This document shows, piece by piece, positions 29,021 to 38,347 of a stretch of 64,000 bases of DNA. Position 1 is the stretch's first letter; each line of letters begins with the position of its first letter. Both the position numbers and the translations under genes were made by a program. The notes beneath the pieces are model-generated. The model was given only the letters and a program-made list of their open reading frames with translations, ran no database searches and was not told the DNA's origin. Source of the DNA: an uncultured Fibrobacteria bacterium (GTDB lineage: Bacteria > Fibrobacterota > Fibrobacteria > UBA11236); NCBI GenBank assembly GCA_963716395.1, contig OY970309.1:96001-160000 (forward strand), written 5' to 3'.

Positions 29021-30322
29021 TTACAGGGACATGCTCTTTAAATAGTCGTTGGCCTTCTGGTTTTCTTCGCGGTACTTGTCATCTTTCCCGTACCAGACGA
29101 GGTAGTCCTTCCAACGCAGAATCGCCTGATTCTTGTAGTACGTCTGACGATCCGGATCCTGGGCGTTGCGGTACATGCGCGTCCAGGCCAGAGCCCAAAA
29201 GTAACGCGTGCGCTGCATGACGTCGTCGAACATGGAAGGCTCGATGTAGGTCTGATCGCGCACTACGGCTTCGAAGGCATGATGCGCCTTGGCGTACTGC
29301 TTGAGCTCGACATAACAGATACCCAAATCCATGTTCACCACGGGGTAATACTTTTCGTAATCCAGAACCGTCAGAAAGGCGCTGACGGCGGCGCTGGTAT
29401 GATCGGCGCGCATCTGCGCCACACCCCGCAAAAAGTTGCCGTGCACATATTCGTCGCGCACGGGATCACCGCGTTTCTTGGTGTCGGGCTTGGGCAACTG
29501 CGCAAATAACCGGCTGGCATTGGTCCAATCGCCCTGGTTGAATGCCGCCATGCCCTGGCGGTAAAGTTCGGACCCCGAATCCGACGGTGCTCCTGTGGCG
29601 GCAGCCTCCTTGGGCATGGTATTCATGGCCAGACGGCTTTCCGGGGAAAGCGGAGCCTGCTCCGGAGCGGGCAGATTTTCGGGCGCGAAGACTTTGGGAG
29701 CCGGAGTCGGCGTTTGTGTCGAAGCCGGAGTTGGAGTTGGCGCCGGGGTCGGCGTTGGCGGCGGCACCGGTACCGGGGTTGGGGTTGGGGTTGGGGTTGG
29801 AACCGGAGTCGGAGTCGGCGGCGATACCGGAGCCGGCGTAGGCGCCTCCGGCTCCTTTTTCACCGCCGGGGTTTCTTCAATGGGTTTTTCCGCCAGGATT
29901 TCGCGCGAATGATGCGTCGATCGAACATGCGCGGCATGCCGTTCCGGAGGCCTGCTTTCCCGGGTACCTTCGGCACGCGTCTTCGCGTGGTGCGGCTTGG
30001 CCTTCGGTTTTTCCGTCACTGGAGCCGGCGGGGGCGCGGCGCGCTCCACCTTCACCGAACTCGACTCGACGGGAGCGGGAGCCACGGCCGCGGATTCGGC
30101 CGCCGGTGCGGCCTGCCCCACGCTTTCGGCCGGAGCGCTTTCCGGTGGATTGCCCAGCGCCATTTTGATGCGTTCCGCCGTTTCGTTTTTCTGATGTTCG
30201 TGCACGGCCCAGATGGCGACTCCCGCCAACACCACGGCGATGATGATGAAAATGGAAATGACCTGGTTCTTCTTTTTTCTGCGGGCCGCGGCTTCGATAT
30301 AAGTGAAGTTCGAATCGCTCAT
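29021..30322 (-). CDS. Single-pass membrane protein with Pro/Thr-rich linker and C-terminal TPR domain
   Basis: RRKKK then TM ISIFIIIAVVLAGVAIWAV; (PT)n tract; LYRQGMAAFNQGDW..A, DLGICYVELKQYAKA. Confidence 0.75.
   Translation of the reverse strand: MSDSNFTYIEAAARRKKKNQVISIFIIIAVVLAGVAIWAVHEHQKNETAERIKMALGNPPESAPAESVGQAAPAAESAAVAPAPVESSSVKVERAAPPPAPVTEKPKAKPHHAKTRAEGTRESRPPERHAAHVRSTHHSREILAEKPIEETPAVKKEPEAPTPAPVSPPTPTPVPTPTPTPTPVPVPPPTPTPAPTPTPASTQTPTPAPKVFAPENLPAPEQAPLSPESRLAMNTMPKEAAATGAPSDSGSELYRQGMAAFNQGDWTNASRLFAQLPKPDTKKRGDPVRDEYVHGNFLRGVAQMRADHTSAAVSAFLTVLDYEKYYPVVNMDLGICYVELKQYAKAHHAFEAVVRDQTYIEPSMFDDVMQRTRYFWALAWTRMYRNAQDPDRQTYYKNQAILRWKDYLVWYGKDDKYREENQKANDYLKSMSL
29775..29800 (+). 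repeat. (GGGGTT)4GG microsatellite encoding Pro-Thr repeats
   Basis: Read directly. Confidence 0.9.
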
Positions 30323-30373
30323 GGTGCTTCCTTGCATGCCGGGAGGGAAGGGAATATTCTCATAGTATTCATT

Positions 30374-31549
30374 TTATTGATTGGGATCACTGGGCGGACT
30401 CAAGGGAGCGGGAAATTGCACGGTATTGCTGGCGGGAGTTTTTTTCAAATTTTCCACCCATAGCACGGCGGCACCCCCGCCCAACCCCAGGAGGCCCAGG
30501 GAAATCCACAGGGCTTTGTGCGATGAACCGGTAGGCGCGACTTTGGCCACCGGAGCCGGCGCGGAAATTTTGTCTTTGGCAATCGCCTTAACGAAGAAAT
30601 CGTGTTCGAAATCCAGCAACTTGTTGAAATCTTCGGAAGACTCGGGCGGAGTTTCCAGCACCACCGCCTTGTGTTCCACGTCATACATCGCCAGCCGGCA
30701 AAGGTAGTTCTTGCCGTCCCGGTAAATGCGGGAATAGATGAGTTCGGAGACGCCGAGCTTCTGGCCCAAACCGATCATGTTGTCCAGCGAAGGCACCACG
30801 GCATATTTGTTGATTCCCAGCGCGCTCAAAAGATCCGAGATCTCGGCCTGACCCAGGGGATCGTATTGCGGGTATCCGTCGATGCGGGTTTGCACGCGTT
30901 CGGAAAAAACCCGCGACGCAAAGGAGAGATCGCTCAAATCGATCACCGCCAAGGTGCGCCGATTGATCGGCTTTTCCAACGTCAACTTGGCGCTTTTCAT
31001 GGTATCGGCGATATCCATGAATTGCTGATCGACCGAAGCCATGTTGGCGGGAGCCGTGCCACCCTGAATTTCACCCACCCAGGTCCAGACGATCAGGGTT
31101 TTGGGAACGTACAGCAGCTTCAAGGTTACGGCGAGGGATTGCGACTGCGGAATGGGAGAGCATGTACCGTAGAGGACGAAATCGGCCTGCAGATAATTTC
31201 CCGCGTCGAAGCCGCATTGCTCCGTATTGCAGGGTTGATTGGCCGGCACGTTGAAATCGCCCAGTTTTTTGATCATGGTGTCGCGCGGCAGCACCTTGAA
31301 TTTTCCCGCAGCGGCGATGCTGTGGCGCAGCCATTCCGACGGCTCGACCGTGACCTGATTGTCGTTGAGGTCCACCAAATCCAATACGGCCAGGTGCCTG
31401 GTGGTCGTCGCAGTATCTTTGACGGGCATGTCGGCAGGCGCGAAGCGAAATGCCAAGAGACAAAAAGCCACGGCGTTGGGGAAATAAAAGGCCTTGATAA
31501 TTTTGCCTCCCGCGCCGAAACCGCTTCGGGCTTTGGGAAAAATAAACAA
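30374..31549 (-). CDS. Tandem CsgG/HfaB-like domain protein with C-terminal TM anchor
   Basis: Two LAV(L/I)DL repeats; FKVLPR..M, CNTEQCG..AG..L.AD.V..G; C-terminal ALWISLGLLGLGGGAAVLW plus Pro-rich tail; start uncertain (TTG 31549 or ATC 31498). Confidence 0.65.
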   Translation of the reverse strand: MFIFPKARSGFGAGGKIIKAFYFPNAVAFCLLAFRFAPADMPVKDTATTTRHLAVLDLVDLNDNQVTVEPSEWLRHSIAAAGKFKVLPRDTMIKKLGDFNVPANQPCNTEQCGFDAGNYLQADFVLYGTCSPIPQSQSLAVTLKLLYVPKTLIVWTWVGEIQGGTAPANMASVDQQFMDIADTMKSAKLTLEKPINRRTLAVIDLSDLSFASRVFSERVQTRIDGYPQYDPLGQAEISDLLSALGINKYAVVPSLDNMIGLGQKLGVSELIYSRIYRDGKNYLCRLAMYDVEHKAVVLETPPESSEDFNKLLDFEHDFFVKAIAKDKISAPAPVAKVAPTGSSHKALWISLGLLGLGGGAAVLWVENLKKTPASNTVQFPAPLSPPSDPNQ

Positions 31550-31617
31550 TCCCGCCCTTCCCCACTTCGCATTTCCGGCGCTGAGGCATACCGGAATTAA
31601 CTACTTTCCAAAGCCCC

Positions 31618-31692
31618 GGCGACATACCCAAGTGGTAAGGGAGAGCTCTGCAAAAGCTTTATTCAGCGGTTCGAATCCGCTTGTCGCCTCCA
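31618..31692 (+). tRNA. tRNA-Cys (GCA)
   Basis: Acceptor GGCGACA/TGTCGCC, D-arm CCC-AAGTGGTAA-GGG, anticodon arm GAGCT-CTGCAAA-AGCTT (GCA at 31650-31652), T-arm AGCGG-TTCGAAT-CCGCT, U73 discriminator, encoded CCA. Confidence 0.97.
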
Positions 31693-31764
31693 TTTGTTCC
31701 GTTTTTGTACCGCAAATGTTTCGCTTCCAGCGCGCCCGTTATCGCTCCTAAACGGAGAGACGCC

Positions 31765-32340
31765 TTAGCGTTTCTTGAAGTCGGCGTTGAGATCGACGCT
31801 CTTTTCGGGAAGGATGTCGATGGTGAACTCCTTGGAGTGGCGCCCGTATGTCAAGCGGATTACCCGGGTTCCGGCATCCAATTTATTGATGGTGAGTACT
31901 CCGCCCCTGGTTTCGCCCACGTCTTCGCCGTCGACCTGCACCCGATAATTCCAGCGCAAGGGATCGGGGTGAATCACCACGCTTCCGTAGGGCATCAGCA
32001 GTTTTTTCGTGATTAAAGTATCGCGTCCCGGCCAAATATTGACGCGCTCGTGCACCAATTCCTCGCCGTTCAGCAGCAAGGTCAACGTGAAGCGCCCGCT
32101 TTGGAAAGTCGTATCGACGGGTGTGAGCCCGAGTTCGACGCCGTCCATATAGGCCGCGGCTTTTTCCGGGGTGGTTTCGATGCGGATATGGCCTTCGCCG
32201 CCGCGCGGCGGCACGACCACGTTGTCTTCGGCGCTGGATGGGGGCGACGACGAAGTCGAGTCTTGCGCCTGCAACGCCGGAGCGCACAGCAGGAGAAGAG
32301 CTACCATCGCGCTCCACGAACCTATCGGTCGATTGTTCAT
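31765..32340 (-). CDS. PEGA domain exported protein
   Basis: AAGGAG SD; signal peptide ALQA-QD; IETTPEKAAAYMDGVELGLTP and VQVDGEDVGET repeats. Confidence 0.82.
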   Translation of the reverse strand: MNNRPIGSWSAMVALLLLCAPALQAQDSTSSSPPSSAEDNVVVPPRGGEGHIRIETTPEKAAAYMDGVELGLTPVDTTFQSGRFTLTLLLNGEELVHERVNIWPGRDTLITKKLLMPYGSVVIHPDPLRWNYRVQVDGEDVGETRGGVLTINKLDAGTRVIRLTYGRHSKEFTIDILPEKSVDLNADFKKR

Positions 32341-32486
32341 AGCCACTTTCTCCTTCGCTGGGTAACCGCAGGTGCGGTCGCTACGGGCGCGATTTCGCCC
32401 CGCAAGGCTAATATACAACCAACCCCCGCCGCGCGATGTCGACCGGCGCCTCCCTGGGCAAAAGTTTTGGGATTCGACGTTCCACG

Positions 32487-34418
32487 TCAAAATGCCTGGG
32501 CCAGATCCAGAATCCAGCGGTAGGAATCGGGACCCGAATGCCGCGGATCACGGGCGTAATCCACGCGGATGTTGAAGAGGGACAGGAAGAGATAGCGCAG
32601 GCCCACTCCCACGGCGCGGCCGGTTCCCGCCGCCGTCAGATTTTTGCCGATCTCCCACACGTTGCCGTAATCGCAGAAGGGCACGATTTGCAACCCCAGC
32701 AGGGATCGGAGTTTGCCGTCGGGGGAAATCCAGGAGGGTTGAAACGGCTGAAAGCGCAATTCGGCCGAACCCAGAATGTAGGCCGGCTCGACGCCTTCGA
32801 TGGCGCAGGCGCCGGTGGAATCCACTTCGGGACAAACCTCCCGCCAATCCTTGCTGCGCACGCTCCGCGGTCCGCCCAGGAAAAAGCGTTCGGAATTGAT
32901 GCCGCCGGCCCCGAAAAAACGCCCGCCGTCGAACCGCAATGCCAGCACCAAAAATTGGCTCGCCGGTAGAAACAACGCGCTCTGGGACTCAAACCAATTG
33001 TGCCGGCTTTCAAAGGCGCTGATGTCGCCGCCTTGAAATACGGGGCCGCCATTACCCCAAGTCAGCGCCAGGCGCGCGCCGCGCGTTGGGTTCACGATGT
33101 TGTCGAGTTTCTCCAAATACACCGAGTTCAGGTAATTCAAATTGAAACCGCGCACCCGTTGGGTGGAATCCTGCAATTGGCTGCTGCCCAAGAGTTCGGC
33201 GCCGGTCACAAACCGGAGCCAAGAGAGCAATTGGCGCGACAGATTGCTTTCATTCGACACATCGAAGTCACCCTGGAACCAGGGCAAATTCTGAATCGGC
33301 AATTGATCCTGATACCAATCCATGCTGAAGTCATTGTCGAAACGCACCAACGATCCGAACAAAAGGGGCGAGGCGTATCCCAAGGTGAAAGACTGTTTGC
33401 GCTGGGCGATGATCACTCCGACATTCCCTTCGTGCAGCAGTCCCCCCATATTGGCGTGCGACCAGTCCACTTCGACGCCAAAGCCGTACAGGTTTTCCCA
33501 GAAACCCGAATAACTGAGATCACCCGGCACCTTTTCCTCGGCGTTCAGGATCAAGGCGCTGCGGCCGCCGGCGCCGGGCAGCAGGCTGTCGCGGACGCGC
33601 ACGAAATTGAAGACGCGGGTCGATTTCAGCTTGCGCTCGAAGGTGTTCATGTCATTTAAGGGCAGCGTATCTCCGCGGTGGAACCGGAACAGGCTGCGCA
33701 GGAGCCTGGTATTGCTGAGTCCGGGAAGACCCGAGCTGTCGCCTTCGCGCGTCACGCGCAGGATCAGGGTATCGAACACCAAGGCTTGGCCCGGCTGCAC
33801 TTGAAACGAAACCGCCACCTGCCGTCCTGTGGTGTCGTAATACAGCGACTCGGCCGCCGTGGCCTTGAGAAAGCCTTCATTGCCGTAGAACTGCAGGAGA
33901 TCGCGTTGATCGCGAAAGAGATCATCTTTTTCAAAAGGTTTGCCGGGGCGGCAGCGCAGCCGATCCAACCGGTAGGCGGGAAAATTGCCCGCGGGCAAAT
34001 GAATATCCACGGAACCGAAACGAAAACGCTCACCCTCGTTTAACGTCACGGCCACTCGCAGAATCGGTTTGTTCAGCGAGTCCTCCGGAGGGACATGCAC
34101 CCCGACCCGAATATTGAAATAGCCCTGATCGCGGTAAGCATCGGCCACCGCCGCGGCTCCATCCTGGGCCCAATCGTTCCAATCGTCGAAATGCCAGTCC
34201 GGCCTTTGATCGGGCAGCGCCAGCAAGGCTTCGATGTGATGCGCGCTGAAAGCGTGTTGTCCGTGTACGGTGATCTCAACCTTAGGCGCAGCGGCAAGCC
34301 CGACCGCGCCGATCAGGCAGAGGAGCATGCCCCGCCGCCAACCGGGGGCGGCTCCCTTCCAGAACGGCGCAAACCGGGACCGGATGCGGGCATCCGGATG
34401 CAAGCGGCCGCCTGTCAC
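32487..34418 (-). CDS. Omp85-family (TamA/BamA-like) outer membrane protein
   Basis: POTRA motifs YRDQGYF, EGERFRFG, YGNEGF, L.STRVF; barrel with RFFLGG..SVRS, DYGNVW, GVGLRY, terminal LDLAQAF; start inferred at GTGA overlap with tamB. Confidence 0.85.
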   Translation of the reverse strand: MTGGRLHPDARIRSRFAPFWKGAAPGWRRGMLLCLIGAVGLAAAPKVEITVHGQHAFSAHHIEALLALPDQRPDWHFDDWNDWAQDGAAAVADAYRDQGYFNIRVGVHVPPEDSLNKPILRVAVTLNEGERFRFGSVDIHLPAGNFPAYRLDRLRCRPGKPFEKDDLFRDQRDLLQFYGNEGFLKATAAESLYYDTTGRQVAVSFQVQPGQALVFDTLILRVTREGDSSGLPGLSNTRLLRSLFRFHRGDTLPLNDMNTFERKLKSTRVFNFVRVRDSLLPGAGGRSALILNAEEKVPGDLSYSGFWENLYGFGVEVDWSHANMGGLLHEGNVGVIIAQRKQSFTLGYASPLLFGSLVRFDNDFSMDWYQDQLPIQNLPWFQGDFDVSNESNLSRQLLSWLRFVTGAELLGSSQLQDSTQRVRGFNLNYLNSVYLEKLDNIVNPTRGARLALTWGNGGPVFQGGDISAFESRHNWFESQSALFLPASQFLVLALRFDGGRFFGAGGINSERFFLGGPRSVRSKDWREVCPEVDSTGACAIEGVEPAYILGSAELRFQPFQPSWISPDGKLRSLLGLQIVPFCDYGNVWEIGKNLTAAGTGRAVGVGLRYLFLSLFNIRVDYARDPRHSGPDSYRWILDLAQAF

Positions 34419-37400
34419 CACAGATTCCAGAAACGGTAGTGGTAGCGAACCTCGACTTCGTCGGTGACCCGGCGTTCGATATCGAGATTGCGTTTTTCCA
34501 ATTCGGTTTCCACGCCGGATTCGATCGAAAGACGATTGGCAAAACGCTTCTGCCAGGTCGTGTCCGAAATCAATCTTTCCAAGGGCGGCCGGTACTTGAT
34601 GGCCAGGCGGTATTCCCAGGGGTCGGGCAGGTTTTTTTCCGGGAAGTATCCGGCCTTGGCCTGCAGACTGACGCGGTATTTTTCCTTGCTCTGCACTTCC
34701 AGCGCCACCGATTCCAGATTGGAGGTGTCGGTGCTGGCCAACGATCCCAACCCGGTCACCTGGGTGGATTGCAGGAACCCGCCGGTCCAACGCGACCCGA
34801 CGCGGGAAAGCGGCGCATTGATTTGGGGCTCCAACATGTTGAGCACGGTTTCGCCGTAATTCCCCTGGCCGCCTTGCAGTTCGGCCGAGTAGCACCCCTG
34901 GGTCATCGAATTCATCAGCACCGTCGGCGTTACCGGCTCGCCGATGTTTTGGCCGCAATCGCTGTCATAGCTGAAATTCATGGCGTCGAGGGTGCCGTCG
35001 AGCTTGATGGAGATGTTGCACTGCTGCGTGGTTCCGGGTTTGCAGTCGGCCAATAGTTTCTTTTCCCCTTCCACGTAAATCGTGCCCTGTTCCAGGGTGG
35101 CGTTCTCCCACTTGATTTCGCAATCGCGCACGCTATAGGCTTGGCCGGGCTGGCCGATTTCGCCGTTGAGTCCGGTGATTTTTCCGCGGAACAGGGTGTA
35201 AGGGTACACGCCTTTCACGGCCAAATCTCCAACGAATGCGACGCGCAGCACATCGGTATCGATGCGGTTTTTTGTGCCCACGGCGTCGAAGGCCAAATCC
35301 AGATTCCACGGCTTGGATTTGCGCGCCGAAACCGTGCCGGATCCCTTCTTGCGTTTAAACGAGCGGAAAAAAGATCGCAGGTCATCGAATCCCAATTTAT
35401 GGTGAAAGAGAAACTCGCGTAATTGGGCGCGCGCCACCACCTTGGGCAATTCCTGGGAATCGCCGGGCGGCAAAGTGCAATCCACCTTCACTTCGCCGAT
35501 TTGTCCTTCCAAATTCGTGGCTGAAGTCGAGGCGTCGAACCCCACGGTTTGCGCCGTGGCCGAAAGCGTGGCCGGGACCGCCGGCGACCAGTGGAGTTCC
35601 CCCTTCAAATCATGCGCTTGCAAACGCAGGCCCGAAGGCAGATGCAGCGAAAGCTCCGGCCCTTGAAACGCGAGGTGCGCTGAAAACGGCGCCAGGTCCG
35701 CCTCGGCCTGCACATTTAAGTCGCCGCCTTGCGAATGCCTGATTTTCACATCCGGCAGGCGTACCACCCCCTGCGCGCAGGTCACTGATCCCGACAGCCA
35801 TTGTGTGTCCGCAGCGGCGGTATAGCGCAGTTGGAAGCGCCGCGACTGGAAGCGCAGGGCGGTGCGTGCGTCGGCCGCAAAGGGGACCTGCAGGTCCCCT
35901 TTGAGATCCACATCGTCGATCGTTCCAGCCGCTCCGCCCAAGGGCAGGGCACCGGTCACGGACACCTCGCCCTGCAGCGATTTCCATTGCGGCAAATCGC
36001 CGCTCCAGCGCAAATGCAAAGGTCCGGTCCAAAGGTGGAGATGGCCGCGTGGATCGCGCGTCTGCAACCCCGCCAGGCCGATGTCGGCTGTATCATTCAT
36101 CAAGTCGTGGCGTCCCGAGGCCGTGCGCGCCCACAGATGCAGCGAATCGCCGCGGCCTGATAAGAGAAGTTCCGGAATCTCGAAAAGTCCGTGCAAGGAG
36201 GGAATGCGGAGGTCGCGCCCACGCAATTCGCCCTGCAAACCTCCGGCGGCAGTATAAGCCATTCGCCCGTCCAGCACGCCTGCAATCGGCGCGCCGGAAT
36301 CGCGCCGCAGCAGTTCGGGAATTTCTTCCAGTTGCACCTGCTCGGCGTGCAGGTGCCACGCGCGCAGGGAGGTGGCGCGCACCCGCGCCAGCCCGGCCAG
36401 CGAAGCCGAATCCAGATCGACGACCGCGCCTCCCTGCAACTCCGAACCGGCCGAGGCGATCTCCACGCTGTCGATTTCGAGTTCAGCGCGGTTCCACGCG
36501 GCCAGCACATGCCCCCGCACTTCGCGGCGGCCGCCGTTTCCCTTGATATCCAGAGTTGCGGCCCCGACGCCGGTGGCCGTGTTCCAGGCAAAGCGGCCGT
36601 TCACGACCGGATGATAATCTTCGAAGCGCCGCAGCGGCCGGTAGGGAAATCGCGCGGCCTGAGCATCCTCGGCGTCGGCCACCAAGGAGTCGGCCTTGGG
36701 CATGGCGAAACGCACGCGGCCGAAGCGGGGATTCATCAAGGTGAATTCCAGTCGCGACCGGGTCGTGTCGGATCGCTTTCCCCATACCACCTGTCCCGCC
36801 CCGTGGAACGTTTCGCCGCGATCGAACAGGCGGGCGTCGCGCAGATAATACCCCGTCGCATTGACCTCCTGGTCGCACCAAACGCTGTCCAGCACGGCGC
36901 CATAGGCGCGCACCGATCGGAATCGGGCCGTGGCCCGCAGGTGATGCCCGTCCCACTCTCCTTGCAATTGGGCGCCGGCATAGGCGACGTTGGTATCGGT
37001 CCAAATGCGGGCCCAGGTTTCGCGGGGAGAAAGCGTGGCGCTCCACGGCACGCGCCGGGGTTCGTCGCCGCTCCAGCGGGCGGAAATGTGCGAACTGTCT
37101 CCGGTGGCGATTTCCGCCTCGACCCGGCGACCCGGACTCAGGCGCAACGCGAGCAACCGGGCTTCGATGGGAAGGCGATGGGCTCCAATTTTCCAATGCA
37201 CCCCATGCACTTTTCCGGAAAAGCGCGCACTCAATTTGTTCCAGTCCGGGGGCGCGGGCCAAGCCGCTGGATGAGCCCAGGCGCCGTCGAGACGAAAATT
37301 TTGATGCGGCCCCCGTCCGCCCGCCATCAAGTCCCCACCCTCGCGGCCTTCTTGGAAATGCACATCCCAGGCGCAGGGTTCCAGCAGCCCGTAGGCGGCT

Positions 37401-38236
37401 GTGCGCGCGTGGCCCTCCAGGCTCAGGCGCCAGGCTTTCCAGTCCATCACGGCGCGGATTGAAATCGGGCCGAAGCGCGGCAGTCTGGCGGCTGTTTTCG
37501 GAGGCAGCCAAAAGCGGACATCGGCGATCGCGGCGTTCAAAGAATCGCGGCCCCGCGCCAAATCAGCCTTGTCCCGTTGTCCGAAAAACCTGACCGTATC
37601 GGCGTCGCGCATCAACCCGATGCGGTACCGCACATTGCCCCCCCGCCAGCGCGCGTCCAAAGCTACGTCGACCGTGTCGCCAGCCCCGCCCTGCAGCGCC
37701 GCCCAGCGGGCCCGAAAGGCGCCCGTCCATCCGACCAAACCGCGGTTGCGCATGGCCGCCTGCTCGATGCCGAAGCTTTGCCCGTCGGGCAGCACCACAT
37801 GCAAGACGCGCCATTGCACGGCGATGGGAAACAAAAATCGAATCAAGGGAAATTTCGCCGGTCCCGGATGGGGGGAGCGGCGGGTCGGGAACAGACGCAC
37901 AGCGGCGGAATCCAATTGCACTTGAAGGCGCGGACGATAGGTCCAACCGTGGCTCCAGTCAAAAGACCGCAGGGATGGAGCGCGCAAGACAATGCGCGCT
38001 TCCGGGGAAACGAGGACGGCCGAATCGGCCGCGAAGGAAAGCCACGGTGAAACGTCGGCGCCGTAAACCCGCACCTTCCAGGCGCCGAAGGTGCGCTCGG
38101 ATTGCAGGTAATGCTGGGCGGCTTTAGCGGCCGCAAACAAAACCAGGGGAACGCCCAGAAACACCAGAGCGAACACTACCACCCAAAAAGTGCGGAAAAC
38201 CCGCTGAAGAAAGGCCATCGCCGCCGTAGCCGGCAA
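34415..38236 (-). CDS. TamB/AsmA-like translocation and assembly protein
   Basis: N-terminal TM, >1200 aa amphipathic beta-rich body, C-terminal ISIKLDGTLD...F..DS region; adjacent to Omp85 gene. Confidence 0.75.
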   Translation of the reverse strand: MPATAAMAFLQRVFRTFWVVVFALVFLGVPLVLFAAAKAAQHYLQSERTFGAWKVRVYGADVSPWLSFAADSAVLVSPEARIVLRAPSLRSFDWSHGWTYRPRLQVQLDSAAVRLFPTRRSPHPGPAKFPLIRFLFPIAVQWRVLHVVLPDGQSFGIEQAAMRNRGLVGWTGAFRARWAALQGGAGDTVDVALDARWRGGNVRYRIGLMRDADTVRFFGQRDKADLARGRDSLNAAIADVRFWLPPKTAARLPRFGPISIRAVMDWKAWRLSLEGHARTAAYGLLEPCAWDVHFQEGREGGDLMAGGRGPHQNFRLDGAWAHPAAWPAPPDWNKLSARFSGKVHGVHWKIGAHRLPIEARLLALRLSPGRRVEAEIATGDSSHISARWSGDEPRRVPWSATLSPRETWARIWTDTNVAYAGAQLQGEWDGHHLRATARFRSVRAYGAVLDSVWCDQEVNATGYYLRDARLFDRGETFHGAGQVVWGKRSDTTRSRLEFTLMNPRFGRVRFAMPKADSLVADAEDAQAARFPYRPLRRFEDYHPVVNGRFAWNTATGVGAATLDIKGNGGRREVRGHVLAAWNRAELEIDSVEIASAGSELQGGAVVDLDSASLAGLARVRATSLRAWHLHAEQVQLEEIPELLRRDSGAPIAGVLDGRMAYTAAGGLQGELRGRDLRIPSLHGLFEIPELLLSGRGDSLHLWARTASGRHDLMNDTADIGLAGLQTRDPRGHLHLWTGPLHLRWSGDLPQWKSLQGEVSVTGALPLGGAAGTIDDVDLKGDLQVPFAADARTALRFQSRRFQLRYTAAADTQWLSGSVTCAQGVVRLPDVKIRHSQGGDLNVQAEADLAPFSAHLAFQGPELSLHLPSGLRLQAHDLKGELHWSPAVPATLSATAQTVGFDASTSATNLEGQIGEVKVDCTLPPGDSQELPKVVARAQLREFLFHHKLGFDDLRSFFRSFKRKKGSGTVSARKSKPWNLDLAFDAVGTKNRIDTDVLRVAFVGDLAVKGVYPYTLFRGKITGLNGEIGQPGQAYSVRDCEIKWENATLEQGTIYVEGEKKLLADCKPGTTQQCNISIKLDGTLDAMNFSYDSDCGQNIGEPVTPTVLMNSMTQGCYSAELQGGQGNYGETVLNMLEPQINAPLSRVGSRWTGGFLQSTQVTGLGSLASTDTSNLESVALEVQSKEKYRVSLQAKAGYFPEKNLPDPWEYRLAIKYRPPLERLISDTTWQKRFANRLSIESGVETELEKRNLDIERRVTDEVEVRYHYRFWNLW

Positions 38237-38347
38237 GGGGAGCGGGTCACGCAGCCCTGCCCGCCGAACAACCCCAAGTTACTAATAACCTTCTCGCCAT
38301 TCGGGAGCCAGCTGGGTGTATAATGGAAAAATTGGAGACGTGACTCG

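Noticed and set aside
24303-29220. Long + strand ORFs (623, 460, 521 aa)
   Set aside because: Antisense shadows of the SBP, TPR and TolB genes with no recognisable motifs
31618-31692. tRNA-Cys as an island integration site
   Set aside because: No integrase and no duplicated tRNA 3' end seen in the window
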